Position numbers and translations under genes: made by a program. Shown here in pieces: positions 45,953 through 56,754 of a stretch of DNA of 64,000 nt. Below the pieces are notes generated by a model. It was not told the DNA's origin. It did not search any database and saw only the letters and a program-made list of their open reading frames with translations. The stretch is from Myxococcota bacterium (GTDB taxonomy: Bacteria; Myxococcota_A; SURF-8; G963663525), in the NCBI GenBank assembly GCA_963676915.2, contig CAXXVK010000031.1, positions 28,646-92,645 on the forward strand, in the 5' to 3' direction. The number at the start of each line of letters is the position of its first letter. The stretch's first letter is position 1.

Positions 45953-48562
45953 TTATTCTTCGATATCCGGTCCTACCACAACCTCGGTGGCAACGTCCAG
46001 TCGTATGATTCGCTTGGCCAATCGCCATACATCTTCGGCTGTTACGGCGGCGATGTCGTCGGAATATCGTGTATAGCTGTCGTACCCCAACTCATACATT
46101 TCATCGAACAGCAAAGACGAGGCTACCGAGTCATTCTTTTGTAAACCGATGGCGTGGCTACCGATCAGGTATCGCCGCGCACGCCGAATTTCCTCATCGG
46201 ACGGCGGAGCGGCGAGCGCGGCTTCCAGTTGCTCCCGAATTGCGTTTCGGGCGGCATCGAGTTTGTCCGGGCTGGTGCCGATGTAGACGGCGAAATATCC
46301 TGGATCGATGCTTTCGAGATTGTAGGAACCTACCGAATAAGCGAGGCTCTGGCGATCCCTCAATTCGAGGAACAACCGGCCTCCCTGACCTGAAAGAATC
46401 GTGTTGAAGACCTGCATGGCGTGACGGTCCGGGTCTTTGAAGTCCAGACCGTGAAAACCGATCAGCAGGTGAGATTGCATTTTATCCAAGGCTTTCGATG
46501 CCTTACGCGGTTCATCCTGTGTCGGTTCCTGCGGTGTGGTTTCAAGCTCTTCTCCCGAGTCGGTCAGCTTTCCGAAACGAAGACTCAGGTCGTCGATCAC
46601 CTTTTCCGGATCAACGTCACCGACAACCGAGACGATCAGTCGTTTCGGGGAAAGATGACGCCGGTAGTATTCGGTAAGACTTTCCTGGGTAAACGCCGAG
46701 ACGGTTTCCTTCGTTCCCAGCAGATTCATGCGAAACGGATGGGTGGTGAACAGGGTTTTGGCGAATAGTTCGAATGCCGCACGTCCCGGATGATCGTTTC
46801 GGGTGCGGATTTCTTCCAGCGTCTGGATTTTTTCCTTTTCGATTTCCTCCGGTGCGAAGATCGGTGAGAGCAGGCATTTGGTGTAAAGATCCAAAATCGT
46901 GTCGTAGTTTTCGCGGATCATCTGCGCCCGAAGACCTAGCGTGTTGCGCCCCGAAAACCCTGAAATCGTGCTGGCCGAGCGGTCCAGAGTATCGGCGATA
47001 CGGTGGGCGTCGTATTCCGGGGTTCCCATGGTCAACAAGGTGGCAATGAAGCGGTTGATGCCGTTGTTCTGCTCGTTTTCCAACCGCAGACCGGCAGGAA
47101 CGGCGGCCTGAATCGATACCAGAGGAACGTTCGGATTGGGACGGATCAGCAGCGTGACGCCGTTATCCAGTGTAGTTTTCACAATGCCGTGGGTGTCGGG
47201 TTTTGAACGTACGACCTGTTGGTTTCGCAAATGATCACAACCTTGTTCCAATCGTGTGACCAATGGGGTTTCTTCTTTGAAATCAACGGGTTCGGATTCC
47301 GGGAGCAATGCGATTGCCGAGACGGCACGAGGATTGAAATAAGTTTGAGCCACTCGACGGATGTCTTCGCAGGTTACCCGCTCGATTCGTTCGAGGTAGC
47401 GGCGATGGAAGTCCAGATCACCGGTCATGATTTTGAAATAGCCGAAACGGCGGGCTTTTCCCTGAACCGTTTGAGTCTGGTAGGTGATTTCGTTGCGGGC
47501 CATGGATTTCGCCTTGGAGAGTTCCGAAATCTCCGGCGGATGGCGGCGGATGCGCTCGATTTCCTCTCCCAACGCTTCGATGACTTTTTCCAGGTTTTTC
47601 GTTGGCATTCCGGCTTCGAGGAAGAAAATTCCTTGATCCACACCAACGTATGGATAAGCAATGACATCGCTGACAGCCGCCATCTGGCGTTTTAGCCGCG
47701 AATTCAGCCGCGAGCTTTCACCCGATCCCAAAATACTGCCCAGCAGATCGAGGGCAGGAAGATCCTCGTGGTACAAACCGGGGAGGGGATAGGCGAGTCC
47801 GAATTGGGCTTCTTGTACCGCTTCCGTCAAGAACTTTTCTCGTGGAGTTTCCTGGGTCGGCTCGGCTGGATATGTATGTTCGGGAGCCGATTTCGCCGGA
47901 ATCGTACCGAAAAAGCGCTCGATGGTGTTTTTCATCCAGCGAAGCTCGAAATCTCCGACGACGACGAGCGTCATGTTTTCCGGTACGTACCAGGTTTGCG
48001 TGAATTCGAGCAGTTTTTCTCGGGTGAACGACCGGACGGAAGTCTCGGTGCCGATGATCGGTTTTCCCAGCGGATGCTTTTTGAAAACGGACGCGAACAG
48101 TTCCTCGGAAAGTCGCTGCTCGGGATCATCTTTACCGCGCTTGATTTCCTCGACGATCACTTCCAGCTCACGGGCCAATTCTTCAGGGTCGAGCGCCGAA
48201 TGGGCGATGGCATCGGCGAGGATATCCAGACCGAATTCCTGGAAACGCGACGCGATAGCGATGTGATAAACGGTTTGGTCGAAACTGGTCCAGGCGTTGA
48301 TATCGCCGCCGGAATTTTCCACTTCCTGGGCAATCTGTCCCACGGCTCGGCGTTCGGTTCCTTTGAACAGCATATGCTCCAGAACGTGCGCCATACCGGC
48401 CTGGTCCTCGCGTTCGTCGTTTGAACCGACTTTCACCCAGACTTGCATCGCCGTAACTGGGGCGAAGTGGTCTTCCTGCAAAATGACGGTGAGTCCATTG
48501 GACAGCGTATATTCCAAGGCTCCCTTATCGAGAGCTAACGGCAAATCGGCATGTGGTTGCAT
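45953..48562 (-). CDS. M16 (pitrilysin/insulinase) zinc protease, fused two-half type
   Basis: LSNGL, GMAHVLEHMLFKGT (HXXEH), INAWTS; second half lacks the zinc motif (RLFLELRDRQSLAY). Confidence 0.95.
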   Translation of the reverse strand: MQPHADLPLALDKGALEYTLSNGLTVILQEDHFAPVTAMQVWVKVGSNDEREDQAGMAHVLEHMLFKGTERRAVGQIAQEVENSGGDINAWTSFDQTVYHIAIASRFQEFGLDILADAIAHSALDPEELARELEVIVEEIKRGKDDPEQRLSEELFASVFKKHPLGKPIIGTETSVRSFTREKLLEFTQTWYVPENMTLVVVGDFELRWMKNTIERFFGTIPAKSAPEHTYPAEPTQETPREKFLTEAVQEAQFGLAYPLPGLYHEDLPALDLLGSILGSGESSRLNSRLKRQMAAVSDVIAYPYVGVDQGIFFLEAGMPTKNLEKVIEALGEEIERIRRHPPEISELSKAKSMARNEITYQTQTVQGKARRFGYFKIMTGDLDFHRRYLERIERVTCEDIRRVAQTYFNPRAVSAIALLPESEPVDFKEETPLVTRLEQGCDHLRNQQVVRSKPDTHGIVKTTLDNGVTLLIRPNPNVPLVSIQAAVPAGLRLENEQNNGINRFIATLLTMGTPEYDAHRIADTLDRSASTISGFSGRNTLGLRAQMIRENYDTILDLYTKCLLSPIFAPEEIEKEKIQTLEEIRTRNDHPGRAAFELFAKTLFTTHPFRMNLLGTKETVSAFTQESLTEYYRRHLSPKRLIVSVVGDVDPEKVIDDLSLRFGKLTDSGEELETTPQEPTQDEPRKASKALDKMQSHLLIGFHGLDFKDPDRHAMQVFNTILSGQGGRLFLELRDRQSLAYSVGSYNLESIDPGYFAVYIGTSPDKLDAARNAIREQLEAALAAPPSDEEIRRARRYLIGSHAIGLQKNDSVASSLLFDEMYELGYDSYTRYSDDIAAVTAEDVWRLAKRIIRLDVATEVVVGPDIEE

Positions 48563-48710
48563 CAAATTTTCTCCAATAGATGACAAGTGAGCTTATAATG
48601 CGTTCTTTTTTGCCGATTTCAAACATTTTCCGAAATCAAAAAAGGGGAGGGTGCTTTTCCGATGTTCGGCTGCACCTCTCCCACGACGCGAAGAACCTGT
48701 TTGAAAGAAA

Positions 48711-49094
48711 TCAGTTCGGTTTCTCCCCGATTCCGAAAAGATCTTCAAGCATTTCTTCGAAGTAGATTTGCGGGCGTACACCGACCACCCGTTCCAGTTC
48801 TCTTCCTTGATGGAAAAGAACGACGGTTGGCGTTCCACGAACCCGCAATTTGGACGTAGCGCCTCGATGGGCTGCTGCGTTGAGGTGGGCGACTTTGACT
48901 TTTCCTTCGTATTTCGCGGCAAGGCGGCGGATGGTCGGAGCGAGCGCGTTGCAAGGCGCGCAGCCGGGCGACCAAACGTCGATTAGTACCGGAGTCGTGC
49001 TTTTTCCGACTTCTTCTTTAAAGTTCTGGTCCGTAATTTCAAGAGGTTCCGTTTCCGGACCAAGATCCAATCCTAACCATTTCATCAATCCCAT
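48711..49094 (-). CDS. Thioredoxin-family protein
   Basis: ITDQNF, VLIDVWSPGCAPC, VRGTPT; SD GAGGAGG. Confidence 0.88.
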   Translation of the reverse strand: MGLMKWLGLDLGPETEPLEITDQNFKEEVGKSTTPVLIDVWSPGCAPCNALAPTIRRLAAKYEGKVKVAHLNAAAHRGATSKLRVRGTPTVVLFHQGRELERVVGVRPQIYFEEMLEDLFGIGEKPN

Positions 49095-49276
49095 GATATC
49101 CTCCTCGGCACGGTTGTTTTTCGTTCGTGTTATTTGATAAGAGCCGGGATAAAAACCGCAGGTTGCGAATTTCTTGTGAAAATATGGATCAAAACTCGAC
49201 ACTTACCCTCGGTCGATGATAGGAACGAGGGATACGTATGGAAGCGAACGATCCCCGTTGTTGGCGATATCATTTC

Positions 49277-51583
49277 ATGGAGCGTTTTCTAAAACAGTTC
49301 ACCCACTTGGAGAACCTGCTTAAAAGGCTCGAAGGGGTTTTGCTCGTCGTTATTCTGGCGGCAATGCTGGGATTGGGGTTGGTGTACATCGTGATTCAGG
49401 CTTGGGCGACCGATTGGCTGACCAGCTTCGTGTGGAGTCGCGACCTGTTACGCAAACTGTTTCTATGGCTCGTGTTTTTAGGTGCGGGTTATTGTGCCAA
49501 ACATGATCGGCACGTCAAAATCGACGTACTGAGTCGCCTGTTGTCTCCTCATCGTAAATTGCTGGCCGAAGCTGCCATTTCCTGGCTTAGCATCGGAGCG
49601 ACGTTGCTGCTGCTGGTCGGGTGCTTCGAATATGTCCAGCGCGATGTTTTCGACGCCACCGGTGCGTTATCGTTTCGGTCCGATCCTACGATTCAAGGCA
49701 TTCCGGCGCTGGTGTTTTCCTGGGTATTTATTTACGGGCCGCTGTCTCTGCTCCTGAGTTTTACGACGCGAGGCATCGAAAAACTTTCTCAACTCGAAAA
49801 ACCTTGGCGTTTCGGGCTGGTATTCTTGTTGGTTTGGACCATTGCCTGGATTCTACCCGGTTCCTGGGGACATCTGGCGCTATTCGTTTTGATTCTGCTG
49901 TTTACCTTGGCCGGAACGCCGCTTTTCGTGGCGTTGTTCCTGTTTTCCATGCTTGGCCACTGGCGAGAAGCCGCACTTGATTCCTGGGTGTCGTTCTCGT
50001 GGGCACAGGTGGTTATTCCCATCGGTGAAAAGCTTGGGTCATCGAGCGCAGAAGTTCTGCTGGCGATTCCGTTTTTTACGTTAGCAGGCTACCTCCTTTC
50101 ACAAAACGGCATCCCGAAACGCATCGTCCAGGTGGCTCGTGCCTGGTTGGGATGGCTTCCGGCAGGGATGGCGATAGCGTCTTTGGTTGCCTGTGCGTTT
50201 TTTACGGCTATTACAGGCGTTTCCGGTGTCACCATCGTAGCTTTGGGCGGTTTGCTTTTACCGATGCTGATGTTGGAGAAATACCCGGAGCGCTTCAACT
50301 TGGGGTTGCTGACCACGGCAGGCAGCCGGGGATTGCTGTTTCCTCCATCGTTGCCGGTGATTATCTTCGCTTTTATTGCAACCAGTGCGGCACGATTGCC
50401 GATTCGGGTGGACGATCTTTTCCTTTCCGGGTTGTTTCCGGCTTTGTTGGATGTTGCCGCCGCTGCCCTGTTTTCGATCTGGATCGTTCGTAAAAAAGCT
50501 CCTGAAGCTCTGTTCGTGAGGCAGAAATTTTCTATCACCGAGGCTTTGCTTTCTTTTAAAGACGCCTGGACCGAACTGCTGGTTCCCGTAATGATTCTGG
50601 TCGTGATTTTCGGTGGATGGGGAACTGCGGCGGATGCTGCGCTTGTTGCTGCGGCCTGGGTGTTTCTGGCGGAAACAGGAATTCGCAAAGAAATCCGGCT
50701 GGTTCGGGATGTCCCTCGCCTCGTGCGGGAATCCATGCTGTTGTGCGGTGGAGTGTTGATCATCGTGGCGGCGGCCCAGTCGTTGACAAGTTATTTCATC
50801 AATGCGCAGACCGCCCAGTTTGTGGCTGACAACCTGTTGGGATTTACCGAAAACCGCACGGTTTTTCTACTGATGCTCAACCTTTTCCTGTTGGTCGTCG
50901 GTTGTTTGATGGACATTTTTTCGGCCATCCTGGTTGTAGCGCCGTTGGTCTGTTTCCCGGAACTTTTAGGACGCTTCGGGATCGAACCACTGCACCTTGG
51001 AGTGATTTTCCTTGTCAACCTGGAAATCGGATATTCCACGCCTCCAATCGGTTTGAACCTGTTTATTTCGGCATTCACGTTCAAGCGCGCCGTTACCGAT
51101 ATCTACCGCGCCGCGTTGCCGTTCCTGGCGGTGATGCTGACTCTCCTGCTGACCATTACGTTTGTTCCCGCCATCAGCCTGTGGTGGATACCTCGAACCC
51201 CGGTACGAATTCAGGCGTCCTCGCCGGAGACGAACGCCATCGTACCTGTTTGTCGTGAAACTCTTGGAAATCTCTATCGTTTCGACGTACTGGAAGACAA
51301 CGGCTCGGATTCAACGGAAGCCGTGGATATCGTTCTCAAGAAAGAAAATTCCAATCTTGTTGCCGAGTTGAGCGAGCTTGGTTTCTCGAAGCCTGTTCGC
51401 CTGTATATTTCGGAAATGACGGATGAGACGGAAGAATCCATTCGTTTTTGCCGCGGACTTCGTAAACGGATGCAGGAACGGTATTCCATCGAAAGTTCTG
51501 ACGAAACGACGGTTCCAGCCTCGGAAATAAAGAAACCGACAGAAAACGATCTTGAAACGAGTGAAGACCTGTTTTCCGATTAA
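49277..51583 (+). CDS. Fused TRAP transporter DctQ-DctM permease with C-terminal soluble extension
   Basis: DctQ LWLVFLGA...RHVKID; DctM LLAIPFF, TGVSG, LFPPS, GCLMD, NLEIGYSTPPIGLNLF. Confidence 0.9.
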   Translation: MERFLKQFTHLENLLKRLEGVLLVVILAAMLGLGLVYIVIQAWATDWLTSFVWSRDLLRKLFLWLVFLGAGYCAKHDRHVKIDVLSRLLSPHRKLLAEAAISWLSIGATLLLLVGCFEYVQRDVFDATGALSFRSDPTIQGIPALVFSWVFIYGPLSLLLSFTTRGIEKLSQLEKPWRFGLVFLLVWTIAWILPGSWGHLALFVLILLFTLAGTPLFVALFLFSMLGHWREAALDSWVSFSWAQVVIPIGEKLGSSSAEVLLAIPFFTLAGYLLSQNGIPKRIVQVARAWLGWLPAGMAIASLVACAFFTAITGVSGVTIVALGGLLLPMLMLEKYPERFNLGLLTTAGSRGLLFPPSLPVIIFAFIATSAARLPIRVDDLFLSGLFPALLDVAAAALFSIWIVRKKAPEALFVRQKFSITEALLSFKDAWTELLVPVMILVVIFGGWGTAADAALVAAAWVFLAETGIRKEIRLVRDVPRLVRESMLLCGGVLIIVAAAQSLTSYFINAQTAQFVADNLLGFTENRTVFLLMLNLFLLVVGCLMDIFSAILVVAPLVCFPELLGRFGIEPLHLGVIFLVNLEIGYSTPPIGLNLFISAFTFKRAVTDIYRAALPFLAVMLTLLLTITFVPAISLWWIPRTPVRIQASSPETNAIVPVCRETLGNLYRFDVLEDNGSDSTEAVDIVLKKENSNLVAELSELGFSKPVRLYISEMTDETEESIRFCRGLRKRMQERYSIESSDETTVPASEIKKPTENDLETSEDLFSD

Positions 51584-51593
51584 CTCGAATACT

Positions 51594-52631
51594 TCAAGGA
51601 ATGAGTACAGGTACTTGAGGGTCGGCCTTACGCTCGACGACCTCGAATGCTGCTTGCTCTTTGCTGTAAAAACGTTGCTTTTCGGTCCAACGTCTTCCGC
51701 AACGTTCGTATAGTTTCACTTCCAGATCCGCCAGTTTGGAGTTGTGGCAGACGCGGGTTTCGCCATCGGGATCGCGGTAGGTTACTCCTACCATGTTTTG
51801 TATGGTGTTGCTGATGTCGGCCTCCAGGCGATACAGCCCCTGTCGGGCTTCCATATGCCAGTGGGAAAGGTCGTACTTGCTGGAGTTCCGTAGCCAGAGC
51901 GACATCTTGTTGAAACTGTACTCTTTTTCAGGAGTGCGGAGCATCAGGACGGTAAGGTCCGGTGAGATAAGTGGCCCCAACGCAATGCGAGCGCTAAGAG
52001 CTTCGAATACCGCCCCCGGTGCGTCCTCGAAGGCGTTGCAGTTGCACCAGGCCCAGCCTTCGGCGTGTTTGCTTCCCCAGATATGGGCTTGATGTCCGCG
52101 CATCCCCTTGAAATTATAAGTTTTTCCCCAACAATGAACCGAACCGTCCATCGCCATACTCAACAACGGAGCCTTGACTTTGGTCTTCGGAAGTTTCCGT
52201 TGGTACATCCAATCGTGGGGAAAATGCTGGAATCCCGGTCCATCGGGATGAAACGTCAGACGCCATTCCAACCCACCTTCGGGGGAGCTTTTACCAAGTG
52301 ATCCGGCACAGCCATGCTGGTCGATCCAGGCTTCTCCGGCGAGCAGACGAAACCCCTGCCGACCGATAGCCTCGGGTGAGGCGGGAAATGTTTCTTTGAA
52401 ACCCTGATTTCGGGACGGATTGGCGGCGTCGAAGGCAATTCCCCACAACTCAACAACCGGTTCCCCTATGCCTGGCAAGGAAGACGTAATCGTGTAGCGA
52501 AGCCAGAAAGCCAACCGTTCATCAGGAATGTTTAGCTTGAGGTACCAGACTTCGTAATGGCCGGGACTTTGACCATCCCAGACAGCCAAATTGCTGCGTT
52601 CCTCGCACGATAACGGAGTGTATCGGTTCAT
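51594..52631 (-). CDS. Tocopherol cyclase/AttH-like beta-barrel hypothetical protein
   Basis: GHYEVWY, FWLRYT, GHQAHIWGSKHAEGWAWCNCNAF, YRDPDG. Confidence 0.65.
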   Translation of the reverse strand: MNRYTPLSCEERSNLAVWDGQSPGHYEVWYLKLNIPDERLAFWLRYTITSSLPGIGEPVVELWGIAFDAANPSRNQGFKETFPASPEAIGRQGFRLLAGEAWIDQHGCAGSLGKSSPEGGLEWRLTFHPDGPGFQHFPHDWMYQRKLPKTKVKAPLLSMAMDGSVHCWGKTYNFKGMRGHQAHIWGSKHAEGWAWCNCNAFEDAPGAVFEALSARIALGPLISPDLTVLMLRTPEKEYSFNKMSLWLRNSSKYDLSHWHMEARQGLYRLEADISNTIQNMVGVTYRDPDGETRVCHNSKLADLEVKLYERCGRRWTEKQRFYSKEQAAFEVVERKADPQVPVLIP

Positions 52632-52640
52632 GAAACCTCG

Positions 52641-54221
52641 CTATTGAGCCAGGTATTCGCTTTTCTTCATGCCGAATTTGATGGCTTTTTTCAATCGGGG
52701 ATCGCGAGCCTTTGTATACAGGAATTTCAGAGCAGCATAGGCATCGCTTGAACTGATTTTCGAAAGCGAGTTGATAATCAACTCACGGGTCAGGCGATTG
52801 CTTTCCCGGAAATAGTTCTTTTTCAACAGAGGCACCGCCTCTTTGACATTCAATTCACCCAGTGAGCGAATCACGGCCTGTCGCACCACTTCGCTTTCGT
52901 CCTTGATGGCGTGGTTCATCAGGAAGTTGGTGATTTCCTTTTCCGGTCCGTAAGCCGTTAAAACTTCGACGATGCTTTTTCGAGGGTAGACCCCCGCACC
53001 TTTGTGGTCGAACAGGGTGATCATGCTGGAAATGGTAACTTCATCTTTAATGTGCCGGAAATAGTCCATAATGGCGACTTTCCGGGGTAGATAGTCCTGG
53101 TTCGATACCATGTCGAGCAGCAGCAGGTTCAACGAATCGTCTGCGTAATCTTTGAGAATATCGAGAATCATCAAGAACGTCTTCGGATTGTTTCGAAGAA
53201 GCTCTTTCTCAAGAATATTCAATGCTTTGGGTGAATCGAATTCCACGATGGCCCGCAGGACGGCGCGCAGCGGAGGTTCGATGGAATCCTGTGGATTGAC
53301 TTCGACCGCTTCGACTTTTCCTTCGGAGGAGGAAGCAATCATTTTTTCGAGCAAAAACAAGCCGTTTTCGTCGCCCAATTCCACCACAAAAGCGGCACTG
53401 GCGGAAATCAGCAGTTTCGAAGGAGCATGTTGCAAATTGTCGTAAACCAGTTTGGTGACCTGATCACAAAGAGCAGGCTCGATCAGATTGGGATCTTTTT
53501 TGCGGCAAAGAGGAATTAGTCGAACCATTTGCTTGTACCCAAGGTACTGACTGTTCAGGTCCGAAGAATCCATCATCTTTGCAAGAAGTTCACCTTTTGC
53601 AAAGTCGGGTTTGATATCCAGCAGCATTTTCGCGTAGGAAGGCGCGAGAGGAGATTTCTCGTCGAGAGCAGTGATCAGTCGTTCCTCAAACGTTGCAATC
53701 ACATCCGGTGGCAGAGATTTTTTCTCTTCGAGAAGAACGAGAGCTTCGAGGTATTCCTGAAAGACGTCCATCGGGAATTCGTGGCGGAACTTTTCTGCAT
53801 AATGAGGAGCAATCACCGACGTAATGACACTTCCTGATTTTACTGGAATATCCAGCGAATGTTCCGTTGGCTGGAAGGGAACGGTTTTGAGCACGTTTCC
53901 TTTGAGGAAGAAGAAATAATCCTCACCTTTACGGAACTTTTTCTTCAACGAATCATCAAATTTACGCTGACGTTTATCGAAACCGGTGATTTTGATTTTT
54001 CCCGACAGACGACCTTTGTAGCTTTTATTTACATTAACGGTGATTCTCCGACCGAAAACGTCAATTACAGAAACGAAAACGACGTTTTTGGATTCTTTGA
54101 TCAAATCCGAAAAGTCCGGTCCCGTCGGGGAATCCACATCGGCAAAAACGACACCGGGAACAAGGAAAAACGCGGCGAGCAATAGGCTGCAAAAATAGGC
54201 GATCGACACGCGTTTTCTCAT
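52641..54221 (-). CDS. Secreted HEAT-repeat protein with N-terminal OB/NTR-like domain
   Basis: Signal peptide (VFA-D); V..SYKG...KGEDYFFFL; DESEVVRQAVIRSLGEL..KEAVPLL; SD GAGGAGG. Confidence 0.75.
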   Translation of the reverse strand: MRKRVSIAYFCSLLLAAFFLVPGVVFADVDSPTGPDFSDLIKESKNVVFVSVIDVFGRRITVNVNKSYKGRLSGKIKITGFDKRQRKFDDSLKKKFRKGEDYFFFLKGNVLKTVPFQPTEHSLDIPVKSGSVITSVIAPHYAEKFRHEFPMDVFQEYLEALVLLEEKKSLPPDVIATFEERLITALDEKSPLAPSYAKMLLDIKPDFAKGELLAKMMDSSDLNSQYLGYKQMVRLIPLCRKKDPNLIEPALCDQVTKLVYDNLQHAPSKLLISASAAFVVELGDENGLFLLEKMIASSSEGKVEAVEVNPQDSIEPPLRAVLRAIVEFDSPKALNILEKELLRNNPKTFLMILDILKDYADDSLNLLLLDMVSNQDYLPRKVAIMDYFRHIKDEVTISSMITLFDHKGAGVYPRKSIVEVLTAYGPEKEITNFLMNHAIKDESEVVRQAVIRSLGELNVKEAVPLLKKNYFRESNRLTRELIINSLSKISSSDAYAALKFLYTKARDPRLKKAIKFGMKKSEYLAQ

Positions 54222-54615
54222 CGGAACCTCCTCGAAACTAACGGATCGGTTGCACAACATCGCTTCCACGCCATAGCGATGATCGTTTTCGAAATTTTTC
54301 TAGCCAAAATGATAGCCGTTTTCCATCCATCACGTTGGAACGTCATACCGCGTCACGTTTCCAAGTATCTTAAATTATACCCAATAACTACATAGAGTGC
54401 AAATGTTCATGTGAAAACGGTTACCCTTCTGTGAGCAAAAAGCAAAAAAGCTGCTGCGATGGAAGAAGAAAATGTGGAAATTCATCCCTTCCTTATCGGA
54501 ATGTATTCACTGTCTTGACATGGCGACAAGGATGCTTAATCTTTTTGCGTTTTGTATACCATACTGAAACCACTTACGTTTTGTTCTTGTTTCTCTCGAT
54601 GGAAAGGAAGTTGCC

Positions 54616-56538
54616 ATGACGGTTGAAACCCATGAATTTAAAGCCGAAATGAAGCGAATGATGGATCTCATCGTTCACTCTCTTTATTCCAACGAGGAAA
54701 TTTTCCTTCGGGAACTTATCAGCAATGCCAGTGACGCGATCGACAAAATCCGTTTCGAGTCGATCACACATCCCGAACTGTTGGAATCCAACGGTGATTG
54801 GAAAATCAAACTAATCGCCGACAAAGAAGCCGGAACGTTAACCGTGCGTGACAATGGCATCGGTATGGATAAAGAGTCGGTTATGGAAAATATCGGTACC
54901 GTCGCCCGCTCTGGAACCTCGGCGTTTCTCGAAAAACTGCAAGAAGCCGAAGCCGCGAACCTGCCGGAGTTGATCGGTCAATTCGGGTTGGGATTTTATT
55001 CCTCGTTTATCGTGGCAGAAAAAGTGGTCGTGGAATCTCGCATGGCGGGAGATCCCCAAAAAGGCATTCGTTGGACCAGCGACGGTGAGGGATCGTACAC
55101 GCTGGAGGAAATCGAGAAAAAAGAGCGCGGGACGGATGTGATTTTGCATCTGAACGAGGATAAAAAGGAGTATCTCGACGAGTGGAGAATTCAAGCGATT
55201 GTCAAGAAATTCTCGGACTTCATCGAGCATCCCGTTACGATGGATGTAGAAATTCCTCCCATGCCTTCTCAAGACGAAGAAGAAAGAAAAGAAACCGAAA
55301 AAGAACCGAAAATCGAAGAAAAAACGCTGAACTCCGGGCAGGCCATCTGGCTTCGCAACAAGGCGGATATCAAGCCGGAAGAGTACAACGAGTTCTATAA
55401 GCACTTATCGAAGGATATGCACGACCCCGCCGAGGTGATTCACTTTTCGGCAGAGGGAACCGTTGAATTCAAAGCGCTTTTGTATCTCCCGCAGGAACGA
55501 CCGTTCAACCTGTTCGAGCCGGAACACAAAAACGGACTTAGCCTGTACATCAAGCGCGTTTTCGTTATGGATAATTGCGAGGAACTGTTACCGCCGTATT
55601 TGCGTTTCGTTCACGGTGTCGTGGATGCCTCTGACCTGCCGTTGAATGTCTCGCGTGAAATTCTCCAGCAAAATCGCGTTGTCGAGACGATCCGTAAAAA
55701 CCTGGTGACCAAAATTCTCGCGGCCATGAAACGAATGCTGGAGAAGGATTACGACAATTACGTAAAATTCTACAAGAATTTCGGGCAGATCCTCAAAGAG
55801 GGAATCTATATCGATTGGAACCAGCGCGATACCATCGCCAACCTTGCTTTGTACCAGTCGGTAGAGAAACCGGCGGGTGAATACCTTACGTTGAAGCAGT
55901 ATTATGAATCCATGCCTTCGAAGCAGGAGGAAATCTATTACCTGATCGGGGAAAACCGTGCCGTGCTGGAAAAATCCCCTTATCTCGAAGCCTTGCGGGA
56001 TCGTGGTTTCGATGTGCTCTTGATGACCGACCCCGTGGACGAGTGGGCCATCGGAAGTCTGCGGGAATACGAAGGAAAGCCCTTCAAAGCCATCGACAAG
56101 GGCGAACTCAAAGCTGACGAAGAAGAAAAAGCCAAGCAGGAAGAGAAAAAGAAAACCTACGGAAGCCTGCTCGACTATCTAACGCAGACAATCGAACCGG
56201 TCAGCGAGGTTCGGTTGAGCCATCGTCTGAAAGAAAGCGCCTCGTGTCTCGTCGCCAGAGATGAAGCCAACAGCGCCTATATGGAAAATCTGATGCGCCG
56301 TCTTGGACGCGAAGAGGAAATAGGAGTTTCTCCCCGCATTCTAGAAATCAACCCGGATCATCCGGCAGTGAAAATTCTCAACGATCTATTCGATAACAAC
56401 GCCGAAGATCCTAAAGTGGCTGATTTTGCATGGCTTTTGTACGATCAAGCGGTTTTGGCCGAAGGGTCGAAAGTCCAAGATCCTCAGGCTTTTGCTCGAC
56501 GAATCAACGACCTGATCGTCCGAACCGGCCTGAGTTGA
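54616..56538 (+). CDS. htpG: Molecular chaperone HtpG (Hsp90)
   Basis: SLYSNEEIFLRELISNASDA, DNGIGM, IGQFGLGFYS, DLPLNVSREILQ, LEINPDHP. Confidence 0.98.
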   Translation: MTVETHEFKAEMKRMMDLIVHSLYSNEEIFLRELISNASDAIDKIRFESITHPELLESNGDWKIKLIADKEAGTLTVRDNGIGMDKESVMENIGTVARSGTSAFLEKLQEAEAANLPELIGQFGLGFYSSFIVAEKVVVESRMAGDPQKGIRWTSDGEGSYTLEEIEKKERGTDVILHLNEDKKEYLDEWRIQAIVKKFSDFIEHPVTMDVEIPPMPSQDEEERKETEKEPKIEEKTLNSGQAIWLRNKADIKPEEYNEFYKHLSKDMHDPAEVIHFSAEGTVEFKALLYLPQERPFNLFEPEHKNGLSLYIKRVFVMDNCEELLPPYLRFVHGVVDASDLPLNVSREILQQNRVVETIRKNLVTKILAAMKRMLEKDYDNYVKFYKNFGQILKEGIYIDWNQRDTIANLALYQSVEKPAGEYLTLKQYYESMPSKQEEIYYLIGENRAVLEKSPYLEALRDRGFDVLLMTDPVDEWAIGSLREYEGKPFKAIDKGELKADEEEKAKQEEKKKTYGSLLDYLTQTIEPVSEVRLSHRLKESASCLVARDEANSAYMENLMRRLGREEEIGVSPRILEINPDHPAVKILNDLFDNNAEDPKVADFAWLLYDQAVLAEGSKVQDPQAFARRINDLIVRTGLS

Positions 56539-56583
56539 TCGACGCTTCTCGTTCTGAATAAACTCCAAAATCTCTTTTGATAC

Positions 56584-56608
56584 GCCCGGATTCGTTCCGG
56601 GCTTTTTT
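56584..56608 (+). terminator. Intrinsic terminator of htpG
   Basis: GCCCGGA-TTCGT-TCCGGGC followed by TTTTTT. Confidence 0.88.
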
Positions 56609-56754
56609 ACTTTTACGATTATTGTAGAATTTTTCATGATTCGTTTCATCAAAGCACGATGAAAATCGTTCAAAATTGGAATGGAATCTGGACTTTCCGC
56701 ACGGCATTTTTTACAATCCCGACGATTTCGAGACACGTAATCAGGAGGTTCGTT

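Noticed and set aside
54377-54403. CIRCE element upstream of htpG
   Set aside because: GAGTGCAAA resembles the right arm but there is no TTAGCACTC left arm at 9-nt spacing
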